A stretch of DNA of 64,000 nt from Tubiluchus corallicola (taxonomy: Eukaryota > Animalia > Priapulida). Both the position numbers and the translations under genes were made by a program. The stretch spans positions 19,577-83,576 of the forward strand of contig JAQGDQ010000167.1 in assembly GCA_030141605.1 (NCBI GenBank), given 5' to 3'. Every line of letters begins with the position of its first letter. The first letter of the stretch is position 1. The notes beneath the pieces were generated by a model, which saw only the letters and a list, made by a program, of their open reading frames with translations, did no database searches and was not told the DNA's origin. This document shows positions 14,525-28,000 of this stretch, piece after piece.

Positions 14525-17500
14525 CCAGCAGCTGCCATTTTTTCAGTTTTTCCGTGAAATCTCGATTTGCTGTGTCTGTTTGGGGCTGCCACCGCCGATG
14601 CCAATAGAATCCAGTAATAGCTTCCCGTTAATTAACACAAGTGATGTTGTTGCCTTACCTTGGGAGAAAGAATTAAAATATACAAAAAGCTACATCGGTT
14701 TCATATCGATATCAATATAAGGGGGAGGTAGGTGGTGGGGCATGTGATGACGCCGTTGTAACGCAAGGAAGGTAGGTCCTCGAAATTGGTCAAAAACTTG
14801 ATATCGTTATATGTGGATGGCTCCGAATCAGATGTCTCGGTCGTGAAGTCGATCAGTCAGTAATAATTAATTAAGATATAAGAACAATTTTTATTATTTA
14901 TTAAAAAAGTTAACAATAATAGTTGCTAAAGCTTGAGGGTGGCTTCGTGACTTTAAGCAGTCTCGAGGAAGCTGCTCTTCTCTAAAGTGCATGAAATATA
15001 ATACTTGCACATGATGTTTCGAGTCCTTCACTCAAAAACTTACCCATAAAAGAACTTCTGTGCAATTAAAAGGTGTCTGTTTTTGCATAGGTCTATCTTA
15101 ACTGGAGTTTCCACTTTGTTCGGAGGAGCAATAAAATTCATTAGGGCAGAAGTAATTGAGGACGATGTGGCAACAGATGAGGAAGAAGAAACTCTAGTGG
15201 TTGATACCCAGACAACTGAAGAAAAGTTTGCACAGGTGTGTATTGTACATGATTAAAAGTTATTTTTGTTATATCATTTCAACTGCATCTTTAAAAACAA
15301 TTTGTCCTTGGTTTTTATGGCAATAGTACTGCTAGTACAGCTTACGATGCAACTTATAGTGCCGAACTGATAGAGTTGACAGAATAGTCCTGTATTTGCA
15401 AATTCTTGCTGCTTTGTAATTCTGGTTAGTGCTGCATTGCTGCAATTCAGTAAACTATCTGAGAATCATGAGAATGTGGTTACCTACATGTGATAGATGT
15501 GCTTGAAAATGTGGAAAAACAAACATTTTATATAAAATGAAATTTCTACTGTAAATAATGTAATATGTGTTATTGTGTGGTTAGAGCAAGTAACATATTA
15601 ACTTAATCAATATAGTGGTCACTATAAGAAAAGGTAATGGCATTTCTAGCTAACGGTGCATTCAAACTAGGTATCCACTTTCCTATCTGGCAGCAAACTC
15701 GTAAGTGTGAACTGTCTTACGAGTTACTTCAAGAAATTTCAAACTTTCCGACAGTTGCTGCGAGTTGATTTACTGTCTAGTGTGAACCCTTTGGCTAGTG
15801 ATTGGGAGCTAGTAGATTTTTCTGGTGGGGGTGGAACTCTTTACCTCCCAACTCATCCACAAATCTGACCAATCTGTTGTGTGATCCCTTATTCACAATA
15901 AAAGGTTTTGCAACATACGTGGGCGGTTGTTGTCCTGCAGTTTTTCAGACGGTAACAAGGCATATGAACCAGAAAATAAATGACACAAGTGTAATTAATC
16001 TCTTTTTTAGAGACGTTGCAATGTCAAAGGAGTCACTTGAAACACCAACGGGTCTAAGTCTTGATGTTACATTTCATGGGGGTCTGCATAGGCATTATTG
16101 TTCTCCATGTTGACTGTGACATACATAGATTTCAAACATTCCAACAACAAAATTTCATATGAAATGGAAAAAAGATCATGATTATTTCTATTACTTTTAT
16201 TTACTTTTTAGTTCATTTAGATAAATCAGAGCAGGTCATATTATCACAACTATCAATAACAGTTTTGCGAAGGACAGTTAAGAATAACAAAAATGACAAA
16301 GTAATAAGAAAACAAAATGTCTACTTGTCAGTTTATCCTTCTCCTGAGAGGTAAGCAACAAGTTCCAATGTGGTCCTGATTTTATTACCCACACGATGCT
16401 TCTAAAAACACGCGTGCTTGGTCAAAAAACCAACGCTACCATTTTTTAAGTCTTTGGTATAACTCGGTCTGAAGTTCAATCTGCGACCTCCTGGATGGGA
16501 AGTGAGCATGGTACCATTGAGCTACGCCACCCAGTTTATGAACATGATTATAATCAGGAAGAGGTCAAACCAGAAAGTACAGATATATAATAATATATAT
16601 ACAGTTTAAGCATAATTGGCTGTGATGCCGAGACTTTTATGCAAATTTTGCTTTTTTTGAATCTGTTTGTCCATTGACAAAGTTATGAAGAAATAGAGAA
16701 GTAATCAGAGCTTCTTATAATCTCCTAGGCAAAAGATGTTGCAAAAAAGTCCTTGGAGCTTATTGATGACATCGTTACATCCATTAGGACATACAAAGTG
16801 CGGGGAGAAGAACCGACTGTAATCTCTACTGATTTGTTAACAGTTCATGTTGAGCGACGGAAAGCTGTTCATTTAGGAGGTAGTCAAATCTTGGTGATTT
16901 AGTTCTGAAAATAATATGTATGCTTACATAGCAAAATCGTCCAATAGCATAGTTGCCACTTAAGCTTTTCTAGTTATTCACATAGCCTGAATCTCCATTT
17001 AGTGAGAATCATTTTGATACTAAGGTCATTGCTGTACATTATTTTTAAGCTGAGATAATCCACGTTGAAATTGAGGTATAGGTTACATATGATATGAAAC
17101 ACATAATTTTGAGAGAATCGCTATTAAAGTTAGCCATTGTTTTTTGTCATGTTTCTGCAAAACATTTAGCAATCGGTGGTTGCTATGGATTTTGCAAGAA
17201 CCTATTGAAGTTCCCATGAATCCAATAGAAAAAACCCGAAGCAAAATCAATGATTCCATGAGTTACTATTGGAGTTTGAAGTTTTTCTCAATTGCAGTGC
17301 TAGTTTCTAGCCAGAGAAGTTGGTACGGGATTACAAAATTAGATTTTTAGTATTTTTTTAACATTTTCTTGATAGTTTGAACCTATAATATAAACGTCCA
17401 ATATGTTTAGTGTTTGTTTTTATAAAAACAAAAAAATAGACATTTGACGAAAATTTCGGTGCATTTTACTTTGAAGCAGAATAATGTAGTTTTAACTATG

Positions 17501-20500
17501 CTGACTTATGGGGACGGTTTCGGTTTGTAAGCACACAAATTATGTAGTGTACTTGTCTGCTTTTTTCTTTTATCTGGTGGACTGAAATGTCGTGTTATTC
17601 ACTTCTTTGTTGTTTGGCTTTTATCAATGATTTTAGTCGAATAGCTAACTAATTAAATAATTGCTTTAAGAATTATTTTTATTTGATGAACAATGTAAGA
17701 GGTGTTGAACTACTAACATTAAATATTATATTGAATTTTATTTTAATGTAAAGGCAAATGTTTGCAGCATGTTATAGAATGGCAATAGGATCTATCTTCT
17801 AGGTTGCCTTACAACAAAATACACATAATTTCTGCAACTTTTATTTTCAGTTCTTTGTTGTTTTGCATGTTTAGAATGTACTGACATTTAGCTTACTTGT
17901 CTTGAGTTAATGTTTATTTACAATTGTGTGAAAGATTTTGCAACAAACATTTGTATAATGAATTTTTAGAAACTTGGAGATCCTTGCATTTCTTTTCATT
18001 TGTTTTTTTGATATAATCGTTTTACATAGTAGAGTTTCATTGTAAAAATGACAGGTTATCCAAGAACTGCACCAATATTAATTGTGATTGTAATTGTAGT
18101 TGAAAGCTTCAGCTATATCTTTGTACTGATACATATTTGCTATCTCTCCATAGACGTATTGTATCTTGTTGCATTATTGATTTTTAGTTAGTAGAATGAA
18201 TTCTTTTTTGCTTAGGATCAAAATTAGACATGGGAGATATTGGTCACTTTGTACTTCCTTCCTCAGAAGCCCTTGTAGATAGAGTGGCGGATGATAAAGT
18301 GCTTGACATTGAGGTGGGTATCGATGTGAAATAAAGCCATGTTGATCCTAGGTCTGTACGTCTGTCTGTGTTTATTTTCTTTTGCATGTACACTCATATC
18401 TTGGTTTGCTGGACAAAAGTGGAAAGACATCAGTCCGAATTTGCCAATTGTCCGTATTTACTGATACTACTTATATAAAATAGCTCTGCAATATTTTATA
18501 TAAAAGAGATATGCACGTGGTTACGCTGATGTAATAATCTAAACAAAGTGACGACCCGCCAGCTAGCGGTCAGCTCCCAAAACAGCGGACTGTGTCAGTA
18601 GTATGTGGATTTTGTCCATTCTTTCTATACCCTTAAAAGCGAGGTCGAGCAAACAGAGATAAGAGTGTACATGATTTTTTTAAAGAAATTAAGTAGTACA
18701 ACCCTGGTATTGAATTGAACTGAGTTAACTACAACCGTCACATTATGTGTGTAAAGCAAAACCGTCTGCCGCAACAGTTTAGTAACTTCAGTAGTTTTAC
18801 ATGTACTTACTTAATTATGCATTAGTCTGTACAGAGAATGATTTACTAGCAGGATCTTGCTTGGGGATAAGAAAAAATGAACTAGGTAATGTTCTAGCTA
18901 GCTGTTAAAACTGTTACTATTACAACAGCAAGGGCTGTGAGATGTTGTCAAGAGTACACAAATGTGTTGCCTGGTACACTTAACCTCCGACCTTTTCACG
19001 ATCAGCATCAATCACTGGAGCTGTGAAAAAGGCTTATTACCTTAACTTCCTAAAGAATGTTGCACAGTTGGTATAAAAACCATTATGAAGGATGATGTGT
19101 ACAGTGTGGCAGTATTAACTGATGACATGCTTTTCTCTGAAAGCAGATGCTTTACATGAGAGATAATCCGTACACCTGGGATGAATCTGCTGCTCTCGTT
19201 AACACACCTGTAGCTAGCATTGTTCTTGATGATGATGAAAATGTAACCACGCTTGAAGCTGTATCACTTTCTGAACCAATCGAGTTTTTTATTGATATAC
19301 CAGGTATGACGTCTTGCTTTTGTGTGCCGTAGAAGAGTGGTAGGTGCTTTTTTTAAAACCTATCTATTCACGAATTTTTGTAGAAAGTAAACCGGTGTAC
19401 GTTTATTATTAATCTAATAAGATTAGTGTGCATTAAAAGTATGTACAGAAGTACGACATTTATTGCATGTATTTAGTTTTAGTCATATGTATTTGTCCAT
19501 GCTAGATTTTGAGGTTAACACCTTCCATAGTTGAGTTGCGTATGTGGTCTTGATTGCTGTGCACTAGAGTTTGGTCACCAAGCACTAGTTATGCACTAAC
19601 ATCAAAAACATCTGCGATGTGGTCGTTGCTTCAACTCTTAAAGGCTGTTTTAATGGAAGAAGTCTTTGACTGACATGATATTAACATCCTACATTCTCAC
19701 AAATATAAGACCATGGCACCTTTGGCAATAATACTTTGTTTTAGTTAGACGCTAATCGGAAATGGCTTGCCGGGCTTTGTTACTTTAACTATTGAATGCT
19801 TTGTAGCTAATTAATGTGCAAAGAGAGAGCAATAGAAATAATAGTAATAATTTTTGCACTGTAATAATTGAAAATTTTGCATTTAGATATGGAACTTGTA
19901 CCTTCCTATTTTATCATAAACTTTGAGGAAGCAACAGATGGCGATATCACGGTTCACGGTTTCAGCATCGATGCGAACAGTGATGCTATACTGGTATTTC
20001 TGGACGTACCATTGAATGTTTCATTGAAGGTAATGAGTGTGTAGCAATGGCCAGGTTACATGTTGCTTGCAAACAGTTTATAAAATGCAACAGTTCTAGG
20101 CCGTACAAGTAGCTTCAGCCGACGAAGTCCGCGAAGGGCGAACGCTTCTGAAAAAATAAAAGTTTTTTGAGATTTAATAGGCACTTTCTTTTCTTTATGA
20201 TTATAACCATGGAGGTCTCAGAAGAGCTCTATCTAATTTTCAAGCAATTGCAACAACCTTGCAATATGGCAGTTTCATGGTTACCGGTTTGGGAAATATT
20301 CAACTCTCATTATTCCTACGGTGTTAATACTTAGGCATGCGATTGCAAATAGTGCAATTACAAGTTTCATTGTTGTGCCTGATTAACTTGCTGACCATTG
20401 AGAAATTTCACTTTTTACACAATATTCGTCAGTTTTGTTACAATGAGTATTTGCAGGTAAAACAGCCAACAAATCTATTAAGAGGGGTTCTTAAGCTTTG

Positions 20501-20650
20501 CAATGATCACATTTTTGTGTCGAGATCATTTTTGGGTTTTGTGTGCATTCGGTAAATTTATTGATTGTTTTGTGCTGTTTTGTTCAGCAAATGAAGCATT
20601 TTTCATGGGGCATCGGTAGATTTTTCTCAAGTAGTTAAGTTATTTTCCTA

Positions 20651-20878
20651 CCTTAACCCTAATACTAATCTTCACACTAATCATAGCCAATAACCTTAAC
20701 CCTAATACTAACCTTCACACTAATCATAATCAATAACCCTTTCCCTAATACTAATCTTCACACTAATCATAACCAATAACCTTAACCCTAATACTAATCT
20801 TCACACTAATCATAGCCAATAACCTTAACCCTAATACTAACCTTCACACTAATTATAACCAATAACCTTAACCCTAAC
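20651..20878 (+). repeat. Telomere-like 43-bp minisatellite (5+ copies) at the palindrome junction
   Basis: Unit CCTTAA CCCTAA TACTAA TCTTCA CACTAA TCATAG CCAATAA starts at 20651, 20694, 20737, 20780, 20823, 20866. Confidence 0.9.
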
Positions 20879-21062
20879 TTTAGCCAAAATTAATTATGAT
20901 TTTTCCGCTGACTTTATTAACGGTCATTGAGAAGACCAGCCTATAGTTTGCTGACACACAATCACAACAACCTTTACCCTCCTCCAAAAGACCTAAGGCT
21001 TATTAATGATAGATGTGGGGATAATATAATTAGTAAAAGACAGGTAATTATGTAAACCTTAC

Positions 21063-22008
21063 CTGTTATTTCTGCTACGTCTTGTTTTACTGGCACGTCT
21101 GTTGTTTCACTTGAAATGTTCTTTGCCAACCACTTCTTAGTATGACTGCAGGCGCACAAAGCATCGCTGCTTTCTGTAAGTTTTCTGCACGAGTCTGAGA
21201 CGGCTGAGTTGCAAAAACCAAATATTTTCTCACAAGTTGAAGTGCAATCTAACAAAATGGCGGAATCACAAGATGGCTGACATCGGTAACAACTCTGGTT
21301 ACACTTCGAAATATTTCTGTTGCAATATACAGAAAACTTGCTGCTGCATTTTAAAAAAGAATTTTTACAATGCATTCGATGGTCTTCGCTGATTAAAGTT
21401 TCCCGGCAAACGGGATTGATTTTCTGAACACAAGCTGATACACTCTCACAGGTGCTGTTTGCGACAGCTGTGCAGTTCTTCTGCTGGTTCTGACAAAACA
21501 ATTCACACCGCATAGAATTAATCTTGCTGGTACCGTAACAGTCTTTCTTACATTTCAGGAAATATGTCTCACAGTTTGCCTTTGACATATCGTGGCAGTT
21601 TTCCTGCTTTTGACGGCAACCAGTTGAGATATTTTTACAATGTTTAACCCAATGTGCATAGCAGATTTGCTGCTGCATGCACAAATCTACATTACAAGAC
21701 TTATTTTTTTCCATTTCGCACCACTGCCGATCTTTTCTGCCCACACACATCGATGTAACGTTTGCTCTGCACAACTCAGCTTCCCGTTGGCATAACAACG
21801 ATGACCTGTAGCACGAAGGACTTACATAAGCATCAAATAAAATGGCAACATAATATTCGACTGTACTGTTTTCATCATTATGCATATGAATAACATCGTT
21901 TGTTTGGTTAGGAGCAAAAGTGTCGTCAGTAGCATCCACAATGTAGAATACGTTGTCGACATCAGCGAAATCATCCAGAACAGGCTTTTCTTCTTTTTTG
22001 ACAACAAC
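21063..22008 (-). CDS. 946-bp single-copy exon in palindrome spacer: GAIN strands plus Cys-rich insertion
   Basis: ttttag|GTT acceptor in phase 0 continues ..NVSLK|[22 protein letters not shown], then 33 Cys; donor ACAG|gtaagg at 21062; overlaps ORF 20974-21939. Confidence 0.85.
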
Positions 22009-25000
22009 CTAAAAACAACGATGCAGTTCAGTTAAAGAATATGGGATAATTAGGAATCAGTTCCTAATATATTCATAAACTGCTCATAAAAATTTTATAA
22101 CAAACAAGTGAAAAGACATGACAATTCAGTCCATCATTCTAAGTTATCTTTGGGTGAAAGATCACTAAATACCAGTGATGGTGGTAGTGATAGGTGTTTA
22201 ATAAATTAAGGGATTTAATCCAAATTATATACAAGATAATCTGATATAATTGATACAATCGAAATTAATTGAAAGCAAAATATAATGGCTAACTGAGGCA
22301 GTAGCTTAGTAAAAATAAACAGAATCTTTGCTTTCTTTTTCCCTTCGTTTTTCTCACCTTACACAATGCACACAATTGTAAGCCACAGTGTTGCAAACTG
22401 AGGTCTTCAAATTTCTCAACACGTGACATAATTATTAGTGATCAGCAATCTTTACCAGAATGCGAATCTGAATCCAATTGAATTTGTGACTTTCAAATTT
22501 GAATCGAACTGAATTTTGAAAGATTTTCAAACAAGTTTTCAAACCACTAGTAAAACGTGCCCTTACAAAGATCATGCATAGCACTTGATTTTGTTCTGCA
22601 GTAAAACCACTATTAGTTTATTAAAAATTATGCACAGAAATTACAGCTAAATTGTGCTAATTGCATGCTGTTTCAAACACTTTAATGATAAAGAATGTAT
22701 GTTGCTGAAGTGCTGAATTATTCAAATCAATAATTCTAGGTTCGATTCGAATTCAGACTAAAAAAAAATCGTTCAAATTCGATGCTCACCCCTAACAGTC
22801 ATGGAGTAGTTAATGAAAAAGCACGTCGACTACAAAAAAACAGTTTATGAGTACGACAACGACGAAAGCCGTGAAGAAGTTTATAAGTTATATTTCACTG
22901 CAATCACTGAAAAATATGGCTAAAACACTAAAAAAATCATGGCAGAAGATTAATCGTCATATCGAATTACAAAAACAGCTTATCATAGAATTACAAAATT
23001 CCAAAATCGCTCATCACTAGAAGGTGGGACATCGGTCACACTTTAACAGTTGATTAAACAAATACGACACCATTTCGATAATTGATTGCAAATGTTTTCT
23101 GCTATTTTATGACAAAGCAGGCGAGCATGAAAGCTTTGTGTTCATGCTTATGAGAAATCTTCGCATCTAAGCGACAACATCAGTGAGCTTAATTACTGCA
23201 TGATGATATAGTGCCATAATACTTAATTTAAGATAAGGCCAGCTATATGGCATGAGATTTTTATGAAATTTCTGAAGAATCAGCTGAAAATGGTATTGGT
23301 AAATCGATGATCAGAAGCCTAAATCGAGTATAATCAATTAATAGGTCCCACGACTATTAAGTACTATTTTTTGTTTTAACAATTATAACTCACTTGCTCA
23401 TTTAGCTGACACTACAGCACAGAAAAAACACGAGCACAACTGGCACAAAATGTTAACAGAATGCAACTGCAAGTAGTGCTATTACACACTTGCAGTGTTT
23501 CTTTAACTCGCCGCAAGATGGCAGATAAAAAATTGCTCAGTCACCATAGCAATGCCAACTTCAGCCATGTCCATTCCGGCAGTGTGATGTTAGAAGCTAC
23601 AGCACGACAATGAACATAGCAGCTGCGTGTCACAAACACTATGGCAACGTATGTTCCAGCTAAGTTGTAGCTTGTTACTGCATGAAATTTTTTTTATAAA
23701 TATCATTAGCACACAAAAAGTTTATGCCCAGCATTTACATAAATAACATATTCCAGTTGGGATATTTCATTAGCTATTTGAAGATGTCGGCTGTTTTTGT
23801 TAAGGTAGGAAAATAACTTAACTACTTGAGAAAAATCTACCGATGCCCCATGAAAAATGCTTCATTTGCTGAACAAAACAGCACAAAACAATCAATAAAT
23901 TTACCGAATGCACACAAAACCCAAAAATGATCTCGACACAAAAATGTGATCATTGCAAAGCTTAAGAACCCCTCTTAATAGATTTGTTGGCTGTTTTACC
24001 TGCAAATACTCATTGTAACAAAACTGACGAATATTGTGTAAAAAGTGAAATTTCTCAATGGTCAGCAAGTTAATCAGGCACAACAATGAAACTTGTAATT
24101 GCACTATTTGCAATCGCATGCCTAAGTATTAACACCGTAGGAATAATGAGAGTTGAATATTTCCCAAACCGGTAACCATGAAACTGCCATATTGCAAGGT
24201 TGTTGCAATTGCTTGAAAATTAGATAGAGCTCTTCTGAGACCTCCATGGTTATAATCATAAAGAAAAGAAAGTGCCTATTAAATCTCAAAAAACTTTTAT
24301 TTTTTCAGAAGCGTTCGCCCTTCGCGGACTTCGTCGGCTGAAGCTACTTGTACGGCCTAGAACTGTTGCATTTTATAAACTGTTTGCAAGCAACATGTAA
24401 CCTGGCCATTGCTACACACTCATTACCTTCAATGAAACATTCAATGGTACGTCCAGAAATACCAGTATAGCATCACTGTTCGCATCGATGCTGAAACCGT
24501 GAACCGTGATATCGCCATCTGTTGCTTCCTCAAAGTTTATGATAAAATAGGAAGGTACAAGTTCCATATCTAAATGCAAAATTTTCAATTATTACAGTGC
24601 AAAAATTATTACTATTATTTCTATTGCTCTCTCTTTGCACATTAATTAGCTACAAAGCATTCAATAGTTAAAGTAACAAAGCCCGGCAAGCCATTTCCGA
24701 TTAGCGTCTAACTAAAACAAAGTATTATTGCCAAAGGTGCCATGGTCTTATATTTGTGAGAATGTAGGATGTTAATATCATGTCAGTCAAAGACTTCTTC
24801 CATTAAAACAGCCTTTAAGAGTTGAAGCAACGACCACATCGCAGATGTTTTTGATGTTAGTGCATAACTAGTGCTTGGTGACCAAACTCTAGTGCACAGC
24901 AATCAAGACCACATACGCAACTCAACTATGGAAGGTGTTAACCTCAAAATCTAGCATGGACAAATACATATGACTAAAACTAAATACATGCAATAAATGT

Positions 25001-28000
25001 CGTACTTCTGTACATACTTTTAATGCACACTAATCTTATTAGATTAATAATAAACGTACACCGGTTTACTTTCTACAAAAATTCGTGAATAGATAGGTTT
25101 TAAAAAAAGCACCTACCACTCTTCTACGGCACACAAAAGCAAGACGTCATACCTGGTATATCAATAAAAAACTCGATTGGTTCAGAAAGTGATACAGCTT
25201 CAAGCGTGGTTACATTTTCATCATCATCAAGAACAATGCTAGCTACAGGTGTGTTAACGAGAGCAGCAGATTCATCCCAGGTGTACGGATTATCTCTCAT
25301 GTAAAGCATCTGCTTTCAGAGAAAAGCATGTCATCAGTTAATACTGCCACACTGTACACATCATCCTTCATAATGGTTTTTATACCAACTGTGCAACATT
25401 CTTTAGGAAGTTAAGGTAATAAGCCTTTTTCACAGCTCCAGTGATTGATGCTGATCGTGAAAAGGTCGGAGGTTAAGTGTACCAGGCAACACATTTGTGT
25501 ACTCTTGACAACATCTCACAGCCCTTGCTGTTGTAATAGTAACAGTTTTAACAGCTAGCTAGAACATTACCTAGTTCATTTTTTCTTATCCCCAAGCAAG
25601 ATCCTGCTAGTAAATCATTCTCTGTACAGACTAATGCATAATTAAGTAAGTACATGTAAAACTACTGAAGTTACTAAACTGTTGCGGCAGACGGTTTTGC
25701 TTTACACACATAATGTGACGGTTGTAGTTAACTCAGTTCAATTCAATACCAGGGTTGTACTACTTAATTTCTTTAAAAAAATCATGTACACTCTTATCTC
25801 TGTTTGCTCGACCTCGCTTTTAAGGGTATAGAAAGAATGGACAAAATCCACATACTACTGACACAGTCCGCTGTTTTGGGAGCTGACCGCTAGCTGGCGG
25901 GTCGTCACTTTGTTTAGATTATTACATCAGCGTAACCACGTGCATATCTCTTTTATATAAAATATTGCAGAGCTATTTTATATAAGTAGTATCAGTAAAT
26001 ACGGACAATTGGCAAATTCGGACTGATGTCTTTCCACTTTTGTCCAGCAAACCAAGATATGAGTGTACATGCAAAAGAAAATAAACACAGACAGACGTAC
26101 AGACCTAGGATCAACATGGCTTTATTTCACATCGATACCCACCTCAATGTCAAGCACTTTATCATCCGCCACTCTATCTACAAGGGCTTCTGAGGAAGGA
26201 AGTACAAAGTGACCAATATCTCCCATGTCTAATTTTGATCCTAAGCAAAAAAGAATTCATTCTACTAACTAAAAATCAATAATGCAACAAGATACAATAC
26301 GTCTATGGAGAGATAGCAAATATGTATCAGTACAAAGATATAGCTGAAGCTTTCAACTACAATTACAATCACAATTAATATTGGTGCAGTTCTTGGATAA
26401 CCTGTCATTTTTACAATGAAACTCTACTATGTAAAACGATTATATCAAAAAAACAAATGAAAAGAAATGCAAGGATCTCCAAGTTTCTAAAAATTCATTA
26501 TACAAATGTTTGTTGCAAAATCTTTCACACAATTGTAAATAAACATTAACTCAAGACAAGTAAGCTAAATGTCAGTACATTCTAAACATGCAAAACAACA
26601 AAGAACTGAAAATAAAAGTTGCAGAAATTATGTGTATTTTGTTGTAAGGCAACCTAGAAGATAGATCCTATTGCCATTCTATAACATGCTGCAAACATTT
26701 GCCTTTACATTAAAATAAAATTCAATATAATATTTAATGTTAGTAGTTCAACACCTCTTACATTGTTCATCAAATAAAAATAATTCTTAAAGCAATTATT
26801 TAATTAGTTAGCTATTCGACTAAAATCATTGATAAAAGCCAAACAACAAAGAAGTGAATAACACGACATTTCAGTCCACCAGATAAAAGAAAAAAGCAGA
26901 CGAGTTCACTACATAATTTGTGTGCTTCCAAACCGAAACCGTCCATAAGTCCAGCATAGTTAAAACTATGTTATTCTGCTTCAAAGTAAAATGCACCAAA
27001 ATTTTGGCCAAATGTCTATTTTTTGTTTTTTAAAAAAACAAGTGCTAAACATATTGGACATTTATATTATAGCATCAAATTATCAAGAAAATGTTAAAAA
27101 AATACTAAAAATCTAATTTTGTAATCCCGTACCAACTTCTCTGGCTAGAAACTAGCACTGCAATTGAGAAAAACTTCAAACTCCAATAGTAACTCATGGA
27201 ATCATTGATTTTGCTTCGGGTTTTTTCTATTGGATTCATGGGAACTTCAATAGGTTCTTGCAAAATCCATAGCAACCACCGATTGCTAAATGTTTTGCAG
27301 AAACATGACAAAAAACAATGGCTAACTTTAATAGCGATTCTCTCAAAATTATGTGTTTCATATCATATGTAACCTATACCTCAATTTCAACGTGGATTAT
27401 CTCAGCTTAAAAATAATGTACAGCAATGACCTTAGTATCAAAATGATTCTCACTAAATGGAGATTCAGGCTATGTGAATAACTAGAAAAGCTTAAGTGGC
27501 AACTATGCTATTGGACGATTTTGCTATGTAAGCATACATATTATTTTCAGAACTAAATCACCAAGATTTGACTACCTCCTAAATGAACAGCTTTCCGTCG
27601 CTCAACATGAACTGTTAACAAATCAGTAGAGATTACAGTCGGTTCTTCTCCCCGCACTTTGTATGTCCTAATGGATGTAACGATGTCATCAATAAGCTCC
27701 AAGGACTTTTTTGCAACATCTTTTGCCTAGGAGATTATAAGAAGCTCTGATTACTTCTCTATTTCTTCATAACTTTGTCAATGGACAAACAGATTCAAAA
27801 AAAGCAAAATTTGCATAAAAGTCTCGGCATCACAGCCAATTATGCTTAAACTGTATATATATTATTATATATCTGTACTTTCTGGTTTGACCTCTTCCTG
27901 ATTATAATCATGTTCATAAACTGGGTGGCGTAGCTCAATGGTACCATGCTCACTTCCCATCCAGGAGGTCGCAGATTGAACTTCAGACCGAGTTATACCA

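Larger units (their letters stand above)
921..20029 (+). pseudogene. Inverted duplicate of 15 internal REJ/GAIN exons of the PKD1-like gene (frames intact, 3'-truncated)
   Basis: Exons 921-1021, 2258-2405, 3383-3612, 4848-4943, 5158-5265, 6840-6985, 7966-8116, 10179-10327, 11422-11547, 13043-13140, 15091-15235, 16729-16879, 18216-18313, 19147-19303, 19887-20029 are reverse complements of the right-arm exons. No next + strand exon was found after 20029. Whether it is expressed is unknown. Confidence 0.75.
1..20657 (+). repeat. Left arm of giant inverted repeat (palindrome), runs off the window edge
   Basis: Reverse complement of 23799-44424. ORF track pairs mirror (847-1107/43318-43578, 10324-10581/33873-34130, 20337-20555/23901-24119). 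Confidence 0.97.

Noticed and set aside
20651-20878. A true telomere or de novo telomere addition
   Set aside because: The hexamers are highly degenerate and organised as a 43-bp unit with sequence on both sides; it is an interstitial telomere-like minisatellite.
23394-23677. Possible extra minus-strand exon in the spacer ([13 protein letters not shown]..)
   Set aside because: The phase does not fit the phase-0 donor at 24426 and it stops after ~45 codons; 24427 splices cleanly to 22008.
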